Shown in pieces: positions 1-7,942 of a DNA stretch of 64,000 bases (position 1 is the first letter of the stretch; each line of letters opens with the position of its first letter). The notes beneath the pieces were generated by a model. That model saw only the letters and a program-made list of their open reading frames with translations, ran no database searches and was not told where the DNA came from. Both the position numbers and the translations under genes were made by a program. The stretch covers positions 65,208 through 129,207 of the forward strand of contig DATBJJ010000113.1 of NCBI GenBank assembly GCA_036556425.1, written 5' to 3'. The DNA comes from Vicinamibacterales bacterium. Lineage in GTDB: Bacteria > Acidobacteriota > Vicinamibacteria > Vicinamibacterales > 2-12-FULL-66-21.

Positions 1-323
1 ACGGGATGCTCGCGTACTCGGTCGGCCGCCGCGTTCCTGAAATCGGCATTCGTCTCGCGCTCGGGGCCGAGCCGGAGGCCGTTCGCTGGATGGTGATCAG
101 AAGCGCTCTGCTGCTCGCATGCGTGGGCGTGGCGATTGGCTTAGGCGCCGCGCGCGTTGGAACCAGCGTCGTCCGGTCGCTGTTGTTCGGGCTCTCGCCG
201 ACCGATCCGATTACGTTCATCGGGGCGGCGGTCGCGATGATGGCGGTCGCGTTCGCGGCGGCGGCGATACCGGCGTGGCGCGCGGCGCGGGTCGATCCGA
301 TGGTCGCGCTGCGGGCGGAATAG
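1..323 (+). CDS. MacB/FtsX-like (ADOP-type) ABC permease, C-terminal fragment entering from upstream of the window
   Basis: ORF 6..323 reads ...RVPEIGIRLALGA...ARVDPMVALRAE. The other two ADOP permeases in the window (325..3069 and 56197..58656) end with the same FtsX-domain signature. Confidence 0.85.
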   Translation, partial: GMLAYSVGRRVPEIGIRLALGAEPEAVRWMVIRSALLLACVGVAIGLGAARVGTSVVRSLLFGLSPTDPITFIGAAVAMMAVAFAAAAIPAWRAARVDPMVALRAE

Positions 324-324
324 C

Positions 325-3069
325 GTGCGCACCATCCTTCAAAAGATCGCGGCAATGGCCCGCCGCCGCCGGCTCGACGACGAGCTCGAGGAAGAAATCC
401 GTCAGCACATTCAATCGCGCCGTCAGTCGCTCATCGCTGACGGAATGGATCCGCGCGAGGCGGAGTACGAGGCACGCCGGATGTTCGGCAACGTCGCGCT
501 GAAGCGCGAGGAGGCGCGGAGCATGTGGGGATACCAGTGGATCGACAACCTCGCGCAGGATGTGCGCTACGGCATCCGGCTCCTCCGTCGATCTCCGGTG
601 TTCGCGGTCGTCGCGGTGGTGTCGCTCGCGATCGGGATCGGCGCGAGCGCGGCTGTGTTCACGCTGGCCGATTCCCTCTTGTTCAAGAAGCTGCCGGTCG
701 CGTCACCCGACGAGCTCGTGATCCTCAAATGGATTGCCGGGCCGAAAAACCCCGCGTCATCGCTCAGCGGGAATTTCGACAACGACGGATCGACGACGAC
801 CAGCACATCGTTTTCGGCGGCAACCGTCAGCGCGCTTCGCACCGACGCCGCACGCGCGGCGGACGTCTTCGGCTTCGCGACCGTTCCGAGCCTCGATCTG
901 ACGATCGACGGACAGTCCGAAGTCGGGAACGGCCAGGTCGTCTCCGGCAATTACTTTTCGACGCTCGGCATTCTGAGCGCGGCCGGCAGGCTGCTCGTCG
1001 ACGCCGACGATCGCGCGGGCGCCGCGCCGGTCGCGGTCATCAGCCACGCTTTTTGGGTGCGCCGATTCGGTGCGGGACCGGACGTTGTCGGAAAGACGAT
1101 CCTCGTCAATCGCGTTCCGGTCACGATCGTCGGCGTCGCGCCGAAAGGCTTTCACGGCGCGTTCGAGGTCGGCGATTCACCGCTCCTGACGATGCCCATC
1201 GCGGCTCGCTCCGCAATCGCCGGCAGAACGCTGTGGAACGATCCCGGGTACTGGTGGGTGCTTGCGATGGCTCGGCTGCGGCCTGGCGTGTCGCCGGAAG
1301 CAGCGCACGGCGTGCTCGAGGGCTCGATGAAGCGGACCGTCGCCGAAGGAAATCCCGCGCTGACGGCGAGCGAGCTGCCGCGTCTCCAGATTCTTCCTGG
1401 CGCGCGCGGACAGCTCGAGAGCCGCGGCTCGCGGCGCGACACGCTCGTGATCATGGCGTCGGTCGTCGGGATCGTCTTGCTGGTCGCATGCGCGAACGTG
1501 GCGAGTCTTTTGCTCGTGCGAGGAACGTCGCGCGTGCGTGAGGTCACGCTGCGGGCGGCGATCGGCGCGTCGCGCCGCCGGATCGTTCGACAGCTCCTGA
1601 CCGAAGGCGTTCTGCTCGCGCTGGCGGGCAGCGCGCTCGGATTGCTCGTCGCGAACATCGTCGCCGCCGCGCTCCTGCCGGTGTTGAGCGGATCTCCGAT
1701 CGAGGCGTTCAACATCCGCACCGACTGGCGCGTGTTCCTCTTCACCGCGGCGATCGCGACGGCGTGTAGCCTGCTGTTCGGATTGATCCCATCGCTTCGC
1801 ACGACCTCCGTCGATCTCGTGAGCGGGCTGCAGGAACAAATGCGCGGTCATGCCACCGCGCCCAGGCGCGCGCGGTTCACGAGCGTCCTCGTGGTGTTTC
1901 AAGTCGCGTTGTCCGTTCTCCTCATCACGATCGCCGGGCTGCTCGCGTACTCGATCAGAAATCTTCAGCGGGCGCCGCTCGGGTTCGACGCATCCAACGT
2001 GTTGATCTTCCGGGTCGATCCGGCGCGCGCGGGGTACGAGCTTCCGAGAACGCGCGCGCTGCTCGAGCAGGTTCGGGAAAGGTTGCGCGGCATTCCCGGC
2101 GTGCGCTCGGCGTCGTTCTCCACCGCAACGCTCATCTCGGGTGGCGGCTCGAGCGGGCCCGCCGTTCCGCTCGATGCGCCAATCACCGAACGCGGCAGCG
2201 TCGAGGATCGAGATCTCTCGCGCCGCTATTCGTCCATGCGAATGACGGTGGGCGACGAGTTCTTCGACGCGCTCGGCATTTCGATTCTGCGCGGCCGCAC
2301 GTTCATTCCCGGCGACACGGCGGGAGGACAGCCCGTCGTCGTGATCAACCGCGCGCTCGCACGCCGACTCTTCGGCGACGAGGACGCCGTCGGCCGGCAG
2401 TTCAGGTGGGGCACGACGAAGCAGTCCGTCGTCATGGAGGTCATCGGCGTGTGCGCCGACGCGAAATACACGTCTCTGCGCATCGACCCGCCGCCAACGC
2501 TCTATACGAGCTACCGCCAGTTCGATATCGGCGGCGCTACGTTCGAAGTGAAGACGGACGGCGATCCGGCGGCAATCGTCGCGCAGGCGCGCGACATCGT
2601 CCGACAGCTCGATTCAAACCTTCCGCTCGCGTGGATCCGAACGCAGGAGGACCAGATCCGCCTGTCCCTGCAGAGCATCATGTGGATGGCGACGTTCGCG
2701 ACAGCGCTCGCGATCGTGGCGATCGTCCTCGCGGCGATCGGCCTTTACGGAACGCTCGCGTACTCGGTCAGCCAGCGAGTGCCCGAGATTGGCATCCGCG
2801 TGGCGCTCGGCGCTCAGCGTCAATCGGTCGAGTGGCTCGTGCTCAAGAGCGCGCTCGCGTTGACGACGACGGGCGTTGCTCTCGGCGCCTGCGCGTCGTA
2901 TTGGGGTACGGGGCTCGTGCGATCGGTGCTCTTCGGCCTGACGCCAACGGATCGATCGACGTTCCTTGTGGCTGCGTTGCTGATGACGACGGTCGCGACG
3001 GCGGCGGCGTATCTTCCGGCGCGCCGCGCGGCGCGCATCGATCCGGTTGAAGCGCTGAGAGCTGAATGA
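325..3069 (+). CDS. ADOP-family duplicated ABC permease (permease-prefix domain plus 2x MacB_PCD/FtsX), no ATPase domain
   Basis: 914-aa ORF with GTG start 1 nt after the previous stop. N-terminal prefix (RRRRLDDELEEEIRQHI...GMDPREAEYEARRMFGN), then two TM/periplasmic/FtsX modules. Ends ...EIGIRVALGA...ARIDPVEALRAE. The start could instead be ATG at 355. Confidence 0.9.
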   Translation: MRTILQKIAAMARRRRLDDELEEEIRQHIQSRRQSLIADGMDPREAEYEARRMFGNVALKREEARSMWGYQWIDNLAQDVRYGIRLLRRSPVFAVVAVVSLAIGIGASAAVFTLADSLLFKKLPVASPDELVILKWIAGPKNPASSLSGNFDNDGSTTTSTSFSAATVSALRTDAARAADVFGFATVPSLDLTIDGQSEVGNGQVVSGNYFSTLGILSAAGRLLVDADDRAGAAPVAVISHAFWVRRFGAGPDVVGKTILVNRVPVTIVGVAPKGFHGAFEVGDSPLLTMPIAARSAIAGRTLWNDPGYWWVLAMARLRPGVSPEAAHGVLEGSMKRTVAEGNPALTASELPRLQILPGARGQLESRGSRRDTLVIMASVVGIVLLVACANVASLLLVRGTSRVREVTLRAAIGASRRRIVRQLLTEGVLLALAGSALGLLVANIVAAALLPVLSGSPIEAFNIRTDWRVFLFTAAIATACSLLFGLIPSLRTTSVDLVSGLQEQMRGHATAPRRARFTSVLVVFQVALSVLLITIAGLLAYSIRNLQRAPLGFDASNVLIFRVDPARAGYELPRTRALLEQVRERLRGIPGVRSASFSTATLISGGGSSGPAVPLDAPITERGSVEDRDLSRRYSSMRMTVGDEFFDALGISILRGRTFIPGDTAGGQPVVVINRALARRLFGDEDAVGRQFRWGTTKQSVVMEVIGVCADAKYTSLRIDPPPTLYTSYRQFDIGGATFEVKTDGDPAAIVAQARDIVRQLDSNLPLAWIRTQEDQIRLSLQSIMWMATFATALAIVAIVLAAIGLYGTLAYSVSQRVPEIGIRVALGAQRQSVEWLVLKSALALTTTGVALGACASYWGTGLVRSVLFGLTPTDRSTFLVAALLMTTVATAAAYLPARRAARIDPVEALRAE

Positions 3070-3510
3070 TCAGATCGGCTCCCGTTCCACTTCGCGTTTG
3101 AGATTCGCGAGCTGCGGACGATACCGCGCGCGGTGCCCGCGCAGCAGCAGCGGAAAGAGCAGCCATTTCAGACCGTGCGGACGGACGTCCGCGGTGAACG
3201 TCACGATCGTGCCGGTTCCGTCGGGCCGCAACGTGTATTCGAACGTTCCGGTGATCCCGGATTCGGTGTTGCGCTGACCGATGCGGCGCGGCCGATCGTA
3301 CGCCCACAAGCTCGACACGACCTGGCGCGTCTGTCCCATGACATCGAACGTCACGCTGATCTCGGCGCCCTCGCGCGGCGCGCCGCCGCCGACGATTTCC
3401 ATCGACCTGACGAGATTGCGCCAGCGGGATGCCTTGCGAAAATCCATGATGAAGTCGAACACCTGCTCCGGCGATCGGTCGATGTGCTCGACGTAGGTGA
3501 ACGTGCGCAT
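3070..3510 (-). CDS. SRPBCC (polyketide cyclase/START-like) family protein
   Basis: Internal ATG at 3510 gives a 146-aa product MRTFTYVEHIDRSPEQVFDFIMDFRKASRWR..., a typical SRPBCC N-terminus. It overlaps the upstream HTH gene stop by 1 nt (TGATG). The longer 220-aa ORF extension is R-rich and overlaps the HTH gene. Confidence 0.75.
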   Translation of the reverse strand: MRTFTYVEHIDRSPEQVFDFIMDFRKASRWRNLVRSMEIVGGGAPREGAEISVTFDVMGQTRQVVSSLWAYDRPRRIGQRNTESGITGTFEYTLRPDGTGTIVTFTADVRPHGLKWLLFPLLLRGHRARYRPQLANLKREVEREPI

Positions 3511-3710
3511 CAGTCCCCATCCTCCAGCTCGAAGACCTCTTCGACCTTGCGAGAAAACACGCGCGCGATCTTCATCGCGAGCGGAAGCCCTGGATCGTAC
3601 TTGCCCGTCTCGATCGCGTTGATCGCCTGCCTCGAGACGCCGACGCGCATGCCGAGCTCCGCCTGCGACCAGGCCTGTTCGGCACGGAGCACACGCAAGC
3701 GGTTTTTCAT
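3510..3710 (-). CDS. short XRE-family helix-turn-helix transcriptional regulator (YozG-like)
   Basis: 66-aa product MKNRLRVLRAEQAWSQAELGMRVGVSRQAINAIETGKYDPGLPLAMKIARVF..., a canonical Cro/C1 HTH. ATGA overlap with the upstream membrane gene. Confidence 0.9.
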   Translation of the reverse strand: MKNRLRVLRAEQAWSQAELGMRVGVSRQAINAIETGKYDPGLPLAMKIARVFSRKVEEVFELEDGD

Positions 3711-4099
3711 CGGTAGTAGCGCGCGGTGGCAATCATTGCGAGCCACCACAACCCGATCATCAGCATCCATATCGCATCGAAGTCGAGGTGGCCGAGAAAC
3801 CCGGCGGTCTGCAGGAAGTCGCCGGCGATCGCGAGGAGCGCCATCGCGACGAACGCGATCGCGATCGACACGAGCTGGATGCGCTGGCTGAACTCGTCCT
3901 GCGACGCGACGAAGCGCACCATCGCGACGAGCCACGCGACGAATCCACCGATGCCGATCGCCACCATGGCGGCGCGCAGCAGCGCCGCCTGCGGATCGGC
4001 GAGGAGCACGCGCTTCGCGACGATCATCGTCGTCACCCATAGCAGGAGCCCGAACGCGAGCCACCCGATCGTCCGTACGCTCGTATCTGGTTTCGGCAT
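3707..4099 (-). CDS. small integral membrane protein (about 4 TM), partner of the short HTH regulator
   Basis: 130-aa product from ATG at 4099 (MPKPDTSVRTIGWLAFGLLLWVTTMIV...) with four hydrophobic segments. First gene of a 3-gene overlapping operon. Confidence 0.7.
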   Translation of the reverse strand: MPKPDTSVRTIGWLAFGLLLWVTTMIVAKRVLLADPQAALLRAAMVAIGIGGFVAWLVAMVRFVASQDEFSQRIQLVSIAIAFVAMALLAIAGDFLQTAGFLGHLDFDAIWMLMIGLWWLAMIATARYYR

Positions 4100-4122
4100 T
4101 TGTTGTCCTGTTAGCGTGACTA

Positions 4123-4151
4123 AATGTAATGTTAACATTACATATTGTCAA
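4123..4151 (-). promoter_or_regulatory. sigma70-like promoter overlapped by a perfect 20-bp palindromic operator
   Basis: On the minus strand: TTGACA (4151..4146), 17-nt spacer, TACATT (4128..4123). The perfect palindrome ATGTAATGTTAACATTACAT occupies 4124..4143. It lies 24 nt upstream of the ATG at 4099, in an AT-rich patch. Confidence 0.65.
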
Positions 4152-4200
4152 GCAGTACGGACTATCGTCCCCGCTTAAGCGAAAGGCTACGGGAGGAGGA

Positions 4201-4686
4201 CTATTCGGAGCCGGGCGTCGGAAGGATCGGGCGCGGCGCCGTGACGGAGGGGACGGCGGGATTGGGACGGAGCGGCGCGGGCACCGCGTTCAGGGACGGA
4301 CGGCCCGCACGAATCGGCTGATACGGGATGATCTGCGCACGGTCCATCTTCGCGCTCGGTTTGTCCGCCACGAGCGGCGCGACGTAATTGGGCTTCTGGC
4401 CGCTCGAGGAATTCAGCCGCGGCCGGGTCTTTCCGCCCAGCGTCTGCACTTTCGGCAGCTGCTTCAGCGTGATTGTCTGCGTCTTCGACGAGGCGGGCGG
4501 CTGGCCGCTCGTCGAGACGATGGGCGCCTTCTTCGCCGCCACGGCGGCGGCAAGCGCGGCGAGCGGCGGGCGCGCCGGCGGCTCGGCGCCTTGGGCCGCC
4601 GCGCGGACCGGCAGCGCGACCAGCACCGCGGCGCCTAGAGCCGCAAACACTCGCGCGAGTGAAAGCTGCGAAGTCGAAGAACGCAT
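4201..4686 (-). CDS. secreted Pro/Ala-rich hypothetical protein
   Basis: 161-aa ORF with a signal peptide (LSLARVFAALGAAVLVALPVRAAAQG) and GC3-rich codons. No recognisable domain. Confidence 0.55.
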   Translation of the reverse strand: MRSSTSQLSLARVFAALGAAVLVALPVRAAAQGAEPPARPPLAALAAAVAAKKAPIVSTSGQPPASSKTQTITLKQLPKVQTLGGKTRPRLNSSSGQKPNYVAPLVADKPSAKMDRAQIIPYQPIRAGRPSLNAVPAPLRPNPAVPSVTAPRPILPTPGSE

Positions 4687-4750
4687 TGCTTTAGGCCACT
4701 TCAGCCATATGCCAGATCGTGGCCATATTCAGGACATTAACATATCGCGT

Positions 4751-4780
4751 ATTATCAATAACTTGTGAGTAAATGGTCAA
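4751..4780 (-). promoter_or_regulatory. consensus-like promoter in an AT-rich island upstream of the 4201..4686 gene
   Basis: On the minus strand: TTGACC (4780..4775), 18-nt spacer, GATAAT (4756..4751). About 65 nt upstream of the start at 4686. Confidence 0.45.
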
Positions 4781-4845
4781 TATTGAACTAGCGCCTCTCC
4801 GTGCGCCGACGCACAGTCCAGACACACTGGCGCACACTCTAACAT

Positions 4846-4884
4846 CGGGGACACCCAATCGGGACACCCAACATTGGGTGTCCC
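4846..4884 (-). terminator. GC-rich hairpin(s) just downstream of apbE; possible terminator, no U-tract
   Basis: GGGGACACCCAAT (4846..4858) and GGGACACCCAA (4860..4870) are direct repeats. Either one can pair with (A)TTGGGTGTCCC(C) at 4872..4884. Located 8 nt beyond the apbE stop at 4892. Confidence 0.3.
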
Positions 4885-4891
4885 CGCCCTG

Positions 4892-5845
4892 TCAACGTCG
4901 AGCGACGCTGACGGTTGCGCCCGGAAAACGCGATCGCAGGCGCGCGTCGATCGATCCCATGACGCCGACCGCGGTCGCGAGCGCGTCCGCCATTGCCGCG
5001 TCGCTCGCGATCACTCGCACGACGACATCCCTCGTCACGCCATACCCGGTGCGCGGATCGATCACGTGCGAATAGCGGGCGCCGTCGACGTCGACGTATT
5101 GCGCCGTTGGACCGGACGTGGCGAGCGCCGCGTTCCTGAGCCTCGCCGCGCGCGCCGCGAAATCGGCATCCGCGCCTCCCGCATCGATCGTCCATCCGTC
5201 GCGCTCCGGCGGCGCATCGCCGGCGACGATGTCGCCGCCGGCTTCGAGGAGAGCTGAGGCGATACCGTGCCCGCGCAGGACGCGGAGCGCGTCCTGCAGG
5301 ATGTAGCCCTTCGCGATGCCTCCGAGATCCAGCCGCATCCCTCGACGAGTGAATCGCACCGCGCCGCGCCGTCCGTCGATCTGCAGATGACGCCAGCCGA
5401 CGCGCGCCCGTGCCGCGTCGAGATCCGCGCGATCGGGCAGGCGCTGCAATCGACGCGCGTCGCGCCATAGCGCGACGAGCGGAGCGATCGTCGGATCGAA
5501 CGCGCCATCGGTCGCGCGCGCGACAGCGAGCGCGCAGCGCAGCACCGCGATCAGCTCCACGCTCACCGCCGTCCATGTCCCGTCGCTCGAGAGACGCCGC
5601 ACGTCGCTGTCCGGGCGATAGTCGCTCATCATGCGATCGAGCTCGGCTATGCGCGCGAAGGCCGCGGTCGCCGCCGCCCGGGCGATCTGCTCGTCCGCCG
5701 CGTACAAATGCAGCCGTACGGGCAGGCCCATGTGAACCTGCGCGTACTCGTAACGGTCCGGCCGCCCGGTTGCCCGGTCGCTCGGCCGCTCGGGCACGCC
5801 AAGCGCAACGAGCGCGAGTACAATCAAAGGCCGCAACGATGCCAA
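4892..5845 (-). CDS. apbE: FAD:protein FMN transferase (ApbE family)
   Basis: 317-aa product with ApbE-like blocks (DPTIAPLVALW, LDLGGIAKGY, ATSGPTAQY...YSHVIDPRTG). N-terminal signal-like segment. The start is a TTG (5845, 5836 or 5827), so it is uncertain. Confidence 0.85.
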   Translation of the reverse strand: MASLRPLIVLALVALGVPERPSDRATGRPDRYEYAQVHMGLPVRLHLYAADEQIARAAATAAFARIAELDRMMSDYRPDSDVRRLSSDGTWTAVSVELIAVLRCALAVARATDGAFDPTIAPLVALWRDARRLQRLPDRADLDAARARVGWRHLQIDGRRGAVRFTRRGMRLDLGGIAKGYILQDALRVLRGHGIASALLEAGGDIVAGDAPPERDGWTIDAGGADADFAARAARLRNAALATSGPTAQYVDVDGARYSHVIDPRTGYGVTRDVVVRVIASDAAMADALATAVGVMGSIDARLRSRFPGATVSVARR

Positions 5846-6606
5846 TGCGTCTCACCATCCTCTCGTTGATCGTGCCCGCGCTGCTGTCGCAGGCGGCGCC
5901 GCCGCCATCGGCCCAAGCGTATCGCGAGACCGTTCCGGGCACGGTCGTGAGCTTCGAGATGGTTCCCGTGCCGGAGGGCACGGTCACTATCGACGGCGCG
6001 AGCGTGAAGGTCGCGGCGTTCCACATCGGCCGGACCGAAGTCACGTGGGACTTGTACGACGTGTTCGCGCTCGCATTGGACACGGCGAAGAGCGGTGGCC
6101 CGGACGCGTTCGCGCGCCCCTCGCAGCCGTACGGCGCGCCAGATTACGGATGGGGCCACGCGGGCTATCCCGCGATCAGCATCGCGAAGCCGGCGGCACA
6201 AGCGTTTGCCGCATGGCTCTCGGCGAAGACCGGAAAGAAATACCGGCTTCCGACCGAAGCGGAGTGGATCCGCGCGGCGGAGCTCTCGAAGTTCTCGAGC
6301 GCGCAAGCGAACGAGCTCACGTGGCACGCGGGAAACGCAAACGGCCAGACGCATCCGGCCGCGTCGAAGAAACCCGATGCGCTCGGCCTGTTCGATCTCT
6401 TCGGCAACGCAGCCGAATGGGTGACGACCGAGAAGGACGCGGTCACGCGCGGCGGGTCGTTCCGCGACGGCGCGGACGCGATCGGTCCGAAGGCGCGCGC
6501 GGTCGCGGACGGCTCGTGGAACGCGCGCGATCCTCAGCTCCCGAAGAGCCGTTGGTGGTTGTCCGATGGTCCGTTCGTCGGCTTTCGCCTCGTGCGAGAG
6601 CCCTGA
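5839..6606 (+). CDS. formylglycine-generating enzyme / SUMF1-family domain protein, secreted
   Basis: ATG at 5839 gives MPMRLTILSLIVPALLSQAAPPPSAQA (signal peptide). FGE-sulfatase motifs follow: YRLPTEAEWIRAA and GLFDLFGNAAEWV...RGGSF. Confidence 0.8.
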   Translation: MPMRLTILSLIVPALLSQAAPPPSAQAYRETVPGTVVSFEMVPVPEGTVTIDGASVKVAAFHIGRTEVTWDLYDVFALALDTAKSGGPDAFARPSQPYGAPDYGWGHAGYPAISIAKPAAQAFAAWLSAKTGKKYRLPTEAEWIRAAELSKFSSAQANELTWHAGNANGQTHPAASKKPDALGLFDLFGNAAEWVTTEKDAVTRGGSFRDGADAIGPKARAVADGSWNARDPQLPKSRWWLSDGPFVGFRLVREP

Positions 6607-6607
6607 T

Positions 6608-7942
6608 ATGCGAGGCAAGCCCATGAGCGAGAAGAGCACAAGCAGAGACGTGTCGCGGCGGACGTTCGTGCAGACGGCGGCGGCCGCGACGGCCGCGGTC
6701 GTGCTCCCCGGCGGGCTCAACGTCGCCGGCTCCGATGTGATACGCGTCGGCGTGATTGGATGCGGCGGGCGCGGCACGGGCGCCGCGGCCAACGTGATGG
6801 AAGCGGCGGATGGCATCGAGATCGTCGCGCTCGGCGATCTGATGGCGGATCGTCTCGCCCAGTGCCGTGCCGAGCTCTCGAAGATGGCGGCCTCCTCTTC
6901 GGCGATCGCGGCGAAGTACAAGGTCACCGACGACAAGTGCTTCACCGGATTCGACGCGTACCGGAAAGTTCTCGCCGCCGACGTCAACTACGTGATCCTC
7001 GCCGCGGCACCGGGCTTCCGGCCAACGCACCTCGAGGCCGCGGTCGCGGCCGGCAAACACATCTTCACGGAGAAGCCGGTTGCCGTCGACTCCACCGGGA
7101 TTCGATCGGTGCTCGCCACGTACGACGCCGCGCTCAAGAAAGGTCTCGGGATCGGCGTGGGCACGCAGCGGCGCCATCAGGAAGAGTACGTGCCGGCGAT
7201 ACAGCGGATTCACGATGGCGCAATCGGCGAAGTGGTGAGCGGTCAGGTGTTCTGGAACCAGGCCGGACTCTGGAATCGCGAGCGGCAGCCGTCGTGGACG
7301 GATGCCGAATGGCAGATTCGCAACTGGCTGTACTTCACCTGGCTCTCCGGCGATCACATCGTCGAACAGCACGTGCACAACATTGACGTCGCGAACTGGG
7401 TCCTCAAGGCGCATCCGATCAAAGCGACGGCGGTCGGCGGACGGCAGTGGCGGACCGATCCGAAGTACGGGCACATCTACGATCACTTCGGCGTCGACTT
7501 CGAGTATCCGAGCGGCGCGCGCGTGATGAGCATGTGCCGTCAGATCAACGGCACCGCCGGACGGATCGCCGAGGACTTCATCGGCACGAAGGGAAAAGCC
7601 ATGTTCGCGGATCGCGCGCCGAGCCGGCTCACTGGCTCGAGCGCATGGACGTTCTCGCGCTCCGGCAAGCCCGTGAATCCGTACGTGCAAGAGCACACGG
7701 ATCTCATCGCGAGCATTCGCGCGGGCAAGCCGTACAACGAACTGAAGCAAGTGGCGGAGAGCACGTTGACCGCCATCATGGGACGCGAGGCGGCGTACAC
7801 CGGCCAGGAGATCACGTGGGACATGATCCTCAAGGCCGACATGGAGCTCGCGCCGCCGCAGATCGCGTTCGGCCCGCTCGCCGTGCCCGCGGTTCCCATG
7901 CCGGGCGTGACCAAGATCAATCGGAAGTGGGCGGACACGTAG
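6608..7942 (+). CDS. Gfo/Idh/MocA-family oxidoreductase with Tat signal
   Basis: Twin-arginine signal (SRRTFVQTAAAATAA), Rossmann motif VGVIGCGGRGTGAA and EKP motif (HIFTEKPVA). The start could be 6608 or 6623. Confidence 0.9.
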   Translation: MRGKPMSEKSTSRDVSRRTFVQTAAAATAAVVLPGGLNVAGSDVIRVGVIGCGGRGTGAAANVMEAADGIEIVALGDLMADRLAQCRAELSKMAASSSAIAAKYKVTDDKCFTGFDAYRKVLAADVNYVILAAAPGFRPTHLEAAVAAGKHIFTEKPVAVDSTGIRSVLATYDAALKKGLGIGVGTQRRHQEEYVPAIQRIHDGAIGEVVSGQVFWNQAGLWNRERQPSWTDAEWQIRNWLYFTWLSGDHIVEQHVHNIDVANWVLKAHPIKATAVGGRQWRTDPKYGHIYDHFGVDFEYPSGARVMSMCRQINGTAGRIAEDFIGTKGKAMFADRAPSRLTGSSAWTFSRSGKPVNPYVQEHTDLIASIRAGKPYNELKQVAESTLTAIMGREAAYTGQEITWDMILKADMELAPPQIAFGPLAVPAVPMPGVTKINRKWADT

